Source: an uncultured Clostridia bacterium
Lineage (GTDB): Bacteria; Bacillota; Clostridia; TANB77; CAG-508
Assembly: GCA_947629045.1 (NCBI GenBank)
Contig: CANRCF010000003.1
Span: 3,530 to 67,529, forward strand
DNA: 64,000 nucleotides
Direction of reading: 5' to 3'
Shown one piece after another: positions 20,396 to 30,198 of the stretch. Below the pieces are notes generated by a model. It did not search any database and was not told the DNA's origin. It saw nothing but the letters and a program-made list of their open reading frames with translations. Each line of letters begins with the position of its first letter. Within the stretch, counting starts at the first letter, position 1. The translations under genes and the position numbers were made by a program.

Positions 20396-23300
20396 TTACC
20401 TCAGCAAATACAACTCTGCCTTTTCTACTTTTCTTCCTAGTGCATTTTCTAATGCTTGCTTGTAGATTTCTAATTGCACCTTGTATTTTTCATAAAGCTC
20501 TTCTTTTGCACTTTCTTCATCTTCAATATGGTCAGTTTTAAAATCAATTAAAATTAGTTCATCATCTTTGCTTATGTAATACAAATCTATAATACCTTGT
20601 ACTAAAATTGTTTTCTCGGAGCCCGCTTCTTGTGCTTCTTTTATTATTTCATTTGCTGGCAAGGTAATATAAAATGGTTGCTCTTTATGTATCTCTTTTG
20701 CTTCTTTTAAAGCTTTGAATAAATCAGATTGTGTGTAGCGATAAATAGTTTCCGTATCTATTGCATTTGCTTCTTCCCCTGTTATAATCTCTTTTGCTAC
20801 TAATTCTTGTATTAAGCTTTTAATATCTTCCATTGTGTAGTCTTTAGTTTCATCTAACTTTTGAACTATTAAATGTGCTAATGTACCTTTGTGAGCACCC
20901 GTTATAGTTTCTTTTTCTTGTAAGAATTTAGGTGAGATTTCTAATTTATTTGTTTGCTCTTTTTCATTTAAATTTTCTTTTAATTTTATTTCTTTTGGAT
21001 CTTCTTCACTTTCTACATCTTCACTTAAATTTAAATCATCACTTAATTTCATTTTTTCCTCTTTTATTTTTGTAACAGAGGTTTTTGTTGGAAGCTTAGT
21101 GTCAACCATGTATTTATATTTCCAAGATAAAAGTTCATTTAAATCTTGTTGCATTTTTTCGCTTTCTTCTTTTTTAGTATCTTTTAGTTTTTGCTCTATC
21201 TTTTCTCTTAAATTAGCATTTTCTATTTCTTCTTTAACTTGTAAGCTATCTATAAGCTCTTTTTTAGTATATGTTGTTATTGTTACAATTTTGTCTAATG
21301 GAAGCTTATTTCCTTTTAATGTGACTGTTTTTCCTTTTTGTGACATATACACATAAAGTAACCAGTCTAAATACGATTTTCCTTTATCTATCAATTTGCT
21401 GTCTAGTTTTATATCATCTATACTTGTATTTGAATATAGTTCTACTAATTTTTCTTTTGCTTGTAAATCTTTTGTAAGGTCTTTACTTCTTCCTATAATG
21501 AATAGCTTTTCTTTTGCTCTGGTTAGTGCTACATATAAAACTCTTTCTTCCTCTGAAAGTATTTCTTGCCTCATTTTTAATCTCATTGCATTTTTTGCCA
21601 TTGTAGAATATCTTATTTTTCTTTCATTATCTATAATTGTTGGTCCGAAACCAAGTTCATTGTGCAATAAAATGCTATCATTTAAATCCATCAAATTAAA
21701 TTGTTTTTGTGTACTGCATAGGAATACTACTGGAAATTCTAGTCCTTTACTTTTGTGAATACTCATAATACGAATTACATCTTCATTTTCTCCAATCAGT
21801 TTTGCTGAACTTAAATCTCCATTCTGCTTTTTTAACTTTTCTATGAAATGAATAAAATTAAATAATCCTTTATAGCTTGCACTTTCATATTGTTTTGCTT
21901 TTTCAAATAAACTTTTTAAATTTGCCTGCCTCATTGCGCCATTTGAAAGTAATCCTACATATTGGTAATAGCCTGTGTCTAAATAAATTTGCCAAATTAG
22001 TTCATCTAAAGGAATGTACTTTTCTTTTTCTTTCCATTTCTCTAGCTTTTCCATAAACTGTTCAATTTTATTTTTTAAGTCATCTTCTGCTGAAATTCTT
22101 GCCTTTAAAAATGCCTCATAGAAAGGGCAATTTCTATCTGTTAATCTAATTTTTACTAAATCATTGTCTGTAAAATTTCCAATTGTTGACCTTAGAACCA
22201 CTACAAATGGAATGTCTTGTAATGGGTTATCTATTATTTTTAAAATTGATAAAATTGTTTCAATTTCTGCAGATTCCAAATATGATACTGAGGTATCACT
22301 GAAAACTGGCAAGCTTAAGTCCATTAATTCTTTTTCATAAATAGGTGCTATGCCTGATGGAGCTCTTAAAAGAATTACTATGTCTTTTGGTCTTATTTTT
22401 CTGTAACCTACATTTTTTTCATATACCATGTAATTAGTTTTAAAAAGCTCTTGTATTTTTTTTGCAACTAAGCTTGCTTCTAACACTTGGTCTTCAACTC
22501 GTTCAGTTTCTTCTCCACTTTTATTTTCGTCTTTTTGGGTCATATGATTAATTTCTACTGTTTGACCATTATTTTTAAGTTCATTCTTTCGTAGATTTGT
22601 TTCTTGCATATTTGCTTCATTTATATTTTGTTCCTGTATGTTTTCTTTTTTATTATTTTCATCTTGGTTATTTTCTTCTTTATATATTGTAGTTTCTTCA
22701 TTTTCTTTTAAGTCTATAAGTAGCATTTCTGCTGTTCCTGCATAATTTATATCTTCCTCTGGCTCTTTATAATCTGCACCTAAGTTTAAATACTCAGTTT
22801 CGTTGTAGTTAATATCTCCTACATTTTTTGTCATGATTGCTTCAAAAACTAAGTTCGTAAAATCTAATATATTTTCTCTACTTCTAAAATTACGAAATAG
22901 CTGAATTTTTAAGTTGTCTTCATCTTTTTTATCTTCTTTTATTTTATAGGTTTCATATTTATTTAAGAAAAGCTCTGGTCTTGCTTGTCTAAATTTATAT
23001 ATACTTTGCTTAACATCACCCACCATGAAAATGTTATTTCCTTTAGAGATGCTATTTAAGATTGTTTCTTGTACTAAGTTACTATCTTGATATTCGTCAA
23101 TTGCAATTTCTACAAACTTCTCTTGATACTTTTTTGCTACCTCAGTAGGTGTACCATCTTCATTTACTAAAATTCTAAGTGCGTAATGCTCAAAATCATT
23201 AAAATCTAAGCAATTTTTTTCTTTTTTCCTTGCCTCAAATTCATTTGCAAATTCTAAAACTAAATTTGATAATTTTCTAATTATTGGCTTTATAACTTCA

Positions 23301-24290
23301 AAATCTTGCATTATTGAGGATGAAGCTCTTGATACTGACAAAGCAATTTTTTCTTTTATGTTCTTTTTAAAATCGTCTCTAATCTTATGTGCTTCATCTT
23401 TTTTTGCTTTTAAGTCTACATCTAACTTAGTAACTTTAGGCCAATCGCTATAATCTATATTTGATAACATGGTTTTAAAATCATCCCATGTTTTTGCATT
23501 TTGTATAATATTTTGTAATCTTAATTTATCTTCTGATACTATTCCGTGTAAATAGAGCAAGCTCATCATATTTAGATAAGCTATTTTCTAAATCTTGAAG
23601 GCCAATTATAGTTTCTTCTATTTGCTCTTTTACATTTTCTAAAATTATTTTGCCCCATATTGTTTCACCAAAGTCAGTTATTCCTTCTACTTCTTCAAAC
23701 ATTGCTATTTTTTCTTCTAGCCATTTTTGTGGGAAAGGACTACTTTGAATAAAGCTATATATTGTTAAAACTAAATTTTGTAAGGCTTCATCACCTTTAT
23801 AGTTTGTATATAAATCTAATAGGCTTGAAAAATCTTCATCATTTTCTTCATATTTTTTTTCAAATAAGTCATCTAAAGTTTCCTGCTTTAAAAGTGAAAT
23901 TTCTGCTGTATCTGCAACGCGGAAATTACTTGGTATATCTATTTCATAAAAATTATTGCGTATAACATCTAGGCAAAAAGAGTGAATTGTACTAATATTC
24001 GCTTTTGAAAGTAAAGTGATTTGCCTTTGTAAATATGTATTTTCTGGTTCTTCTTCTATTTTCTTGTAAATCGCTTTTAATACTCTTTCTCTCATTTCAC
24101 TTGCAGCTGCATTTGTAAATGTGACTACTAGCATTTTATCTATATCTATTTTTTCATTTATTATTTTATGAATAATTCTTTCTACGAGCACAGCAGTTTT
24201 ACCACTACCTGCGGCAGCAGCTACTAAAATATTAGAGCCCTTTTCTTCTATGGCTTGCATTTGCTCTTTGGTCCATTTTACTTCAGACAT
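20396..24290 (-). CDS. addA: ATP-dependent helicase/nuclease subunit A; two ORFs joined by a +1 shift at CGG (23544-23546)
   Basis: AAAGSGKTAVLVER, DEYQD, VGDVKQSIYKFRQA, MSIHKSKGLEFP, RVLYVALTRAKE, QGIIDL..IDFKTD. Confidence 0.93.
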
Positions 24291-24507
24291 AATTTGCCTC
24301 TTTTCTTCTTTTTTCGCATTCATTATATCTTAATGAATATAAGTTTTCAAGATTAAAAGTTTTATTTTATAATCTGTATTTTTAGTATTTTTTTATATTA
24401 AATTAAATTTTTTCACATTTTGTCAAAAAAATTAGACTTTTCATAAAAAAAATCATTTAATTATTGGTAAAATTGTATAATTTATTAAGTTTTAAATGGA
24501 GGTTTAT

Positions 24508-24915
24508 ATGAGCAAGTTATATTCTTTATATGAAAATTTAAAAAGGGAAAATAATAATACAATATATTTATTTAAGAATGGAATATTTTATACTGCTCTA
24601 GCCAATGATGCAATATTTTTATCTAATACTTTTAATTTTAAATTAACTAAATTGAATGATTCTATTGTTAAATGTGGCTTTCCAATTTCTGGAGGAGAAA
24701 AATATATTAATATGCTAAAAAATAATAATATTGATTTTAGACTAATTGACCCTTCCTCTAATACAATATTTCTACCAAAAGAATTTAAGGTAAGTAATGA
24801 AATTAAAAGCTTATTAAATTTAATATTAAATACTGATATAGATCACCTATCTGTTATGGAAGCTTATGAGTTTATAAATAAGTTAAAGCTTGAAGCAGAA
24901 CATATATGTAAATAA
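24508..24915 (+). CDS. Stand-alone MutS domain I-like protein
   Basis: YENLK...IYLFKNGIFY...DAIFLS...KCGFP pattern resembles the MutS mismatch-binding domain; GGAGG RBS. Confidence 0.7.
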   Translation: MSKLYSLYENLKRENNNTIYLFKNGIFYTALANDAIFLSNTFNFKLTKLNDSIVKCGFPISGGEKYINMLKNNNIDFRLIDPSSNTIFLPKEFKVSNEIKSLLNLILNTDIDHLSVMEAYEFINKLKLEAEHICK

Positions 24916-24961
24916 AAAAGATTTTCTTATTTATATTTTATAAGAAAATCTAAAATTTATA

Positions 24962-25828
24962 TTAATTTAAATATAGTTCAGGGTCTTGTTGTTCATTATC
25001 TTTTAATAATTCAAAATGAAGGTGTGCTTCATCTGAAATTTCAAAAGCTGCAGTGTTTCCAACTGTTCCTATGCTTTGCCCTTGTTGTACTTTTTCACCT
25101 TGCTTTACAAATTCTGTACTTAAAAGGTTTGCATATACTGTTTTATAGCCGTTTACATGCTCTATAATAACTGTTAACCCATATCGTGGGTCATTCTTTA
25201 TAGAGGTTATTGTTCCGTCTGCTGAAGCTTTTACAACACTTCTTTGTTCTGCCTCAATATCTATTCCGTTATGTGTTGACCATACATCTAAGGTGCTTGA
25301 ATATACTAATTTATTGTCTGCAAATTCTTTAATAATGGCTCCATCAACTGGCTTTACGAATTCTGGGTCAGGTACTTTTTCTGTTTCACTAGTTTTGTTT
25401 GTTTCTTTATTTTCATTTTGTTTTGAGTTTTCTACTTTTTGTTCTGCTGCACTAGTGTTTATAGCTATTTTACTTTCAGAATTTGATGTACTGCTTGAAT
25501 TTGAAGTATCTCCATTTTGAATATCTGCTCCACTTTTATTTCCATCACTAGAACTACTACCTTCTGTACTTCCTGTTTCTTTATTTTCATCTTTAACTTC
25601 ATTTACTGTTTTGCCATATTGTGTACTTGCTTGTTCAGCTGATATATTACCTATTGTATTTGTATTTAATTTTCCTAAATTTGTTTCATTTTCTAATTTA
25701 TTACTATATAATAAAAAAGTAATAACAAATACAATAACTGCTAATGCTAACACACTTCCTGTTATATATACCATTTTCTTTACATCTAATCCATCATCTA
25801 CTGGCTTTCTTCTATTATCTCTTCTCAT
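24962..25828 (-). CDS. spoIIQ: SpoIIQ-like M23 peptidase
   Basis: N-terminal TM, HNGIDI, HLHFEL; directly downstream of spoIID. Confidence 0.75.
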   Translation of the reverse strand: MRRDNRRKPVDDGLDVKKMVYITGSVLALAVIVFVITFLLYSNKLENETNLGKLNTNTIGNISAEQASTQYGKTVNEVKDENKETGSTEGSSSSDGNKSGADIQNGDTSNSSSTSNSESKIAINTSAAEQKVENSKQNENKETNKTSETEKVPDPEFVKPVDGAIIKEFADNKLVYSSTLDVWSTHNGIDIEAEQRSVVKASADGTITSIKNDPRYGLTVIIEHVNGYKTVYANLLSTEFVKQGEKVQQGQSIGTVGNTAAFEISDEAHLHFELLKDNEQQDPELYLN

Positions 25829-25859
25829 AAATAATTCCTCCTTAACTTTTCTTTAGTAC

Positions 25860-25888
25860 AATTATTAACAATTTAGAGAAATTTATAC
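25860..25888 (-). promoter_or_regulatory. Candidate sigmaF/sigmaG-type promoter for spoIIQ
   Basis: GTATA-N14-GTTAATAATT on the minus strand upstream of the start. Confidence 0.35.
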
Positions 25889-25926
25889 AAAAACTATGAT
25901 ATTTTACAGATTTTTTATTCTTATAG

Positions 25927-26932
25927 CTAAATATTGTTTATTTCAACACCAGTATAAAAGTGATGTATTATTTCTTCGTAATTTTTTCCTTGTTTTGCTA
26001 GGCTATCTGCGCCTGTCTGGCTCATTCCAACACCATGTCCATAACCTTTAACTTCAAATTTTATTTCATCTTTAGTAATAGTTACTTCAAAATTAGCAGA
26101 CCTTAAACTAAATAAATTTCTTACTTCTACACCCGACAAGTTTAAATTGCCAATTTTGATTGTTTTTACTCTATTTCCTTCTGTATATTCTGTTATTTTT
26201 ATGCAGTCATTTTTGGTAAAGTCAATTTTAAAATCACTATGCTCTTTTTTTATAGTTTCTTCAAATTGTTTTTTTGTTACTGTTAGTTCTGATGCATATT
26301 GGCTATATGCATCTTCTCCTGCCGTCTGCACTGACTGTAAATATGGATAACCACTACCACCCCATACATTTATTGGTGCTTCTGTGCTTCCTCCACTATT
26401 AGAATGGAAGAATGCATTTATTGGCTCTCCATCATATGTAATCATTTTTCCTTGTGTTTCATTAACACTTTTTACAATTTTATTCCAATACTCATCTTGC
26501 TTACTTTTATCCCACTTTGCAAATCTATCTTCTTTTGAAATCCATGCTTGGCAACAGCCAGAGTCGTCGCAAATGTCTGCTGTCCCATGCTTTTTCTTAT
26601 TATTCTTTATTTTATATATAGTATAGGTTCTTGCAACTACTGCTTGTGCTTTTAAAGCTTCCATTTCAAAGTTTGCCGGCATTTCACTACTTACTACCCC
26701 GATACAAATACTCATCAAGCGGAAGCTCTTCTACTTTATTTGTACTTTTATGTAATAGCTTAACAGTTTTATAATTACTATAATCATAAGTTGACTGTAT
26801 TATTTCATTTTCATTTAAAGGCTTTACATTATCTACTTGCTTCCATTTTTCTTTAAATTGAGAGGTTAAAAAAATTGGAATGGAAAAACATAAAAATAAA
26901 AACACAAGAAAATAAATTATATATTTTTTCAT
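25927..26932 (-). CDS. spoIID: Stage II sporulation protein D; joined by a +1 shift at CGG (26699-26701)
   Basis: LDEYLY-G-VVSSEMPANFEMEALKAQAVVARTY; GYGHGVGMSQTGA. Confidence 0.93.
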
Positions 26933-27012
26933 TTTGCCTCCGATTTAATCATTTATAACTTATTTAATGCAATGTAATTTAAAATTATTTAGCAATCCAT
27001 TATTTTAGTGCA

Positions 27013-27748
27013 TTACATTGCAAGCTTCATTTTCATTCGCTCTAAAGTTCTCTTTTCAATTCTTGATACTTGCACTTGTGTAATGCCAAGAATTTTTGCA
27101 ATTTCTGTTTGTGTTTTTCCTTTATAATACCTAAGAAGAATTAGCTGTCTTTCTTGCTCATTTAGGTTATTTAATAGTTGTTCTATACATAATTTATTAG
27201 TTAGCATAGTAGTTTCATCTACATTAGAACTCATTTTATCTATTAAACTAATTCCATCTTCGCCCTCGTCATATAGTTTTTCTTCTATTGAATTTATAGG
27301 CTGAAGTGTTTCTAAGGCAAGTGCTATTTCTTCTTTTGAAGTATGCAAAATTTTTGCCATTTCTTCTATTTTTATTTCTTCTCCTCTTTTTTTATAATAC
27401 TCGTTTTTTATATCTAATGCCTTCATTGCCATTTCTTTTAAGCTTCTACTTATTTTAATAGGTCCGATTATCTCTTAAATACCTTTTAATTTCTCCTAAG
27501 ATATATGGAACTGCATATGTTGAAAGTCTAACATCAAAACTACTATCGAAACGCTTAATGCACTTAATAAATCCCATTACACCAACTTGATATAAATCTT
27601 CTATTTCATACCCTCTATCTTGAAAACGCTTTACTATGCTCCAAATAAGTCCTTTATTTGTTTCTATCAAGTTTGTCATTGCTTGCTCGTCGCCTTGCTG
27701 TGCTTTTATTATGTACTCTGTGTTGTTTATTTCATAATCATCCTGCAT
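27013..27748 (-). CDS. sigF: Sporulation sigma factor SigF; joined by a +1 shift at CGG (27464-27466)
   Basis: DLYQVG, STYAVPYILGEIKRYLRDN-G-PIKISRSLK, TQTEIA..LGITQVQVSRIEK; follows spoIIAB. Confidence 0.92.
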
Positions 27749-27874
27749 GAAAATGCCTCCTATTCTATAGTCATCCGTCTATTAGTGCATTTTCTTCTTC
27801 AAATTTTACTTATTTTGTTAGCACATTTTTAGTTTTATATTTAAAATTCTTTATAAGTTTTATACTTTTTGGCT

Positions 27875-28354
27875 TTAAGTATTTATTAAAACATCTTCGT
27901 TTTCATCTAAATTACTATTTTCTTCTTTTTTAATTTTCTTTTTCATTGTTACTTTTGTTCCAATTCCTACTACGGAATGTATTTTAACTTCGTCCATGAA
28001 GCTTTCCATTATTGTAAAGCCCATTCCTGACCTTTCTAAATTACCTTTTGTAGTGTATAAAGGCTTTCTTGCAAGTTCTACATCTTCAATTCCTTTTCCA
28101 TTATCTGAAATTTCAACTTCTAAGCAATTATCTAATAATGTGGCTCTTACCTTAATTATTCCTTCTGTATCTTCATAGCCATGAATGATGCAATTTGTTA
28201 CTGCTTCTGATACTGCTGTTTTTATATCTGCTAGTTCTTCTATGGTTGGATCTAACTGTGCAGCAAATGCTGCTACTGTAATACGGGCAAATGCCTCATT
28301 ATTAGATTTGCTTAAAAAACTAAGTTCCATTTCATTGTCATACCTACTTTTCAT
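27875..28354 (-). CDS. spoIIAB: Anti-sigma F factor
   Basis: [32 protein letters not shown]. Confidence 0.96.
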   Translation of the reverse strand: MKSRYDNEMELSFLSKSNNEAFARITVAAFAAQLDPTIEELADIKTAVSEAVTNCIIHGYEDTEGIIKVRATLLDNCLEVEISDNGKGIEDVELARKPLYTTKGNLERSGMGFTIMESFMDEVKIHSVVGIGTKVTMKKKIKKEENSNLDENEDVLINT

Positions 28355-28368
28355 TTTTCTCTCCTTTC

Positions 28369-28692
28369 TTAGCCTACTTTTTCTTCTTTTTGAATTGGAA
28401 TTATTTTTTCAATTCCACTCATTTCTAGCACTTTGCTTATGCTTTGCATGCAATGTATTATTTCACAACTTCCACCAATTAGTTTTACCAATTTGTATCT
28501 TCCAATTAAAAGCCCTATTCCTGCACTGTCCATGAAAGAAACCTTACTAAAATCAAACACAACTTTTCTAGGCATAAATCTTGTAATTTCATAATCCATT
28601 TTCCTCCTTAATTTTTCTGTAGTATGATGGTCTATTTCCTCGGTAATAAAAATATTAAGCATTTTTTCTAGTTCATTAAATTCACTATTCAT
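28369..28692 (-). CDS. spoIIAA: Anti-sigma F factor antagonist
   Basis: [24 protein letters not shown] signature. Confidence 0.95.
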   Translation of the reverse strand: MNSEFNELEKMLNIFITEEIDHHTTEKLRRKMDYEITRFMPRKVVFDFSKVSFMDSAGIGLLIGRYKLVKLIGGSCEIIHCMQSISKVLEMSGIEKIIPIQKEEKVG

Positions 28693-28772
28693 GCTAATTA
28701 CCTCCTTGTTATTTGCTTGTCCTATTATACAGTTTTTTCCAATTTTTTACTAGAGTAAAACTTAGGAAGTTT

Positions 28773-28798
28773 TGTCGAATTATGAGAAGTTTTCGACC
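28773..28798. promoter_or_regulatory. Candidate Spo0A boxes upstream of the spoIIA operon
   Basis: TGTCGAA at 28773-28779 and an inverted GGTCGAA at 28792-28798; spoIIA is an established Spo0A target. Confidence 0.55.
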
Positions 28799-28998
28799 TT
28801 TTTTTACAAATGTAAGAAAATGTTTGACATTTTATATTTTTGATTGTATTATATTGAAAGGGGAGCATAAAATTTATATAATGTGTTTCCCTATTTTTTC
28901 TTATTTTTTATTTCTTTTTATTTCCACAAATTTATAAAAAATTGTAAAAGGAGGTGTTTTTTTCATTAAAAAATGATATAATTAGAAAGGAGCTAAAT

Positions 28999-29256
28999 AT
29001 GCCAACTATAAGTATGTTTTACGGAATACTAATTAAAATGTATTATGATGAACATCAACCACCACATTTTCATGCATATTATAATGAAAATAAGGCATTA
29101 TTTGATTTAGACGGAAATTTATTAGAAGGCAAGATGCCAAATAAGCAAACAAAATTAATTCAAGCTTGGACAATTATACATAAAGAAGAGCTACTTGCAA
29201 ATTGGTGTTTATCAAGGAAAAATGAGGCTTTGTTTTATATTAAGCCTTTAGAATAG
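28999..29256 (+). CDS. DUF4160 family protein (putative toxin)
   Basis: MPTISMFYGILIKMYYDEHQPPHFHAYY signature. Confidence 0.88.
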   Translation: MPTISMFYGILIKMYYDEHQPPHFHAYYNENKALFDLDGNLLEGKMPNKQTKLIQAWTIIHKEELLANWCLSRKNEALFYIKPLE

Positions 29257-29262
29257 GAGTAT

Positions 29263-29505
29263 GTGATGAGAGAAGTAATTGATGTAAAGCCCATTGAAGA
29301 TTACCAATTATTATTAACTTTTGATAATAAAGAAAAAAAAATAAAAGATATGAAACCTTATTTAAATAAAGGTGTTTTTAAAAAGTTAAAAGAAAAGTCA
29401 GTTTTTAATAGGGTAAAAATTTCCTATGGGACAATTTGTTGGGATGATGAAATTGATTTATGTCCTGACTCTTTATATGAAACAAGTAAACCAGTAGAAA
29501 AATAA
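29263..29505 (+). CDS. DUF2442 family protein (putative antitoxin)
   Basis: VIDVKPIEDYQLLLTFDN...GTICWDDEIDLCPDSLY; usual partner of DUF4160. Confidence 0.88.
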   Translation: MMREVIDVKPIEDYQLLLTFDNKEKKIKDMKPYLNKGVFKKLKEKSVFNRVKISYGTICWDDEIDLCPDSLYETSKPVEK

Positions 29506-29522
29506 AAACTTATACTTTAATT

Positions 29523-29566
29523 AAACCCAAAAACACACCTGCATTTTTACAGGTGTGTTTTTGGGT
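29523..29566. terminator. Bidirectional terminator hairpin
   Basis: ACCCAAAAACACACCTG-loop-CAGGTGTGTTTTTGGGT between convergent genes. Confidence 0.75.
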
Positions 29567-29577
29567 GAGAAAAGAGT

Positions 29578-29952
29578 TTACTTTCTTTTGCTTGGGTCGT
29601 ATTCGAAAGTATAAATAAGCCCTTCACAGCTTCCACTTTGAACAGGAGCAGACCAGCCAGCATCTGTAAGAGCCTTCATTACTTCCGGCTCCATCTTTTT
29701 ATTATCAATTTCATCATTGATAATAAAACTTACTTTGACAATAATTTTTTTCTCTTTCTTGTCAAGTATTCCCGTTGATGCCTTTTCTTCAAGCTCCTTA
29801 GTAGCTTTTTCAATTGCTTTTTGAACGATTGAAAACTGGCGATTTATTCTTTCCTGCCGATTTCTTTCGAAAACTTCCTCCTGCTTTGCATTTACTCTTT
29901 CCCACATTTCTTGTGCAGGTTTAAACACAAGATTCCGGTTCTCCGTACTCAT
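29578..29952 (-). CDS. Orphan hypothetical protein (124 aa)
   Basis: AAAGGAGG RBS with ATG at 29952; TTGAAT-17-TATAAT promoter; two in-frame CGG codons. Confidence 0.6.
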   Translation of the reverse strand: MSTENRNLVFKPAQEMWERVNAKQEEVFERNRQERINRQFSIVQKAIEKATKELEEKASTGILDKKEKKIIVKVSFIINDEIDNKKMEPEVMKALTDAGWSAPVQSGSCEGLIYTFEYDPSKRK

Positions 29953-30079
29953 AGGAGAACCTCCTTTCTGTTTAAAATTACCCACTTTTGGGCACCTAAC
30001 TTTTGTATTGTTAGGATTTTGCATAATGCTATTATACCATAACTTAACATAAAATTCAAGTAACCGTATGTAATAATTT

Positions 30080-30185
30080 ACTAAAAATATTATGTTTTAT
30101 AGCACCGCTTAAGCGTCCAAGCGAAGCGCGTTTGGAGCACCTTTTAGGTGCGACAGCAAGGTGCAAGAAACATAATATTTTTAGT
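30080..30185. repeat. Structured intergenic repeat, copy B
   Basis: 18-bp terminal inverted repeat ACTAAAAATATTATGTTT; core AGCACCGCTTAAGCGTCC..GCGAAGCGCGTTTGGAGCA..GCGACAGCAAGGTGCAA. Confidence 0.8.
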
Positions 30186-30198
30186 TAAGTACATATTA

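Noticed and set aside
20396-20402. Possible analogous +1 shift at AGG at the end of addA (CTG AGG TAA)
   Set aside because: AGG is read in frame as Arg elsewhere (e.g. sigF IKRYLR), and AddA is essentially complete at this stop.
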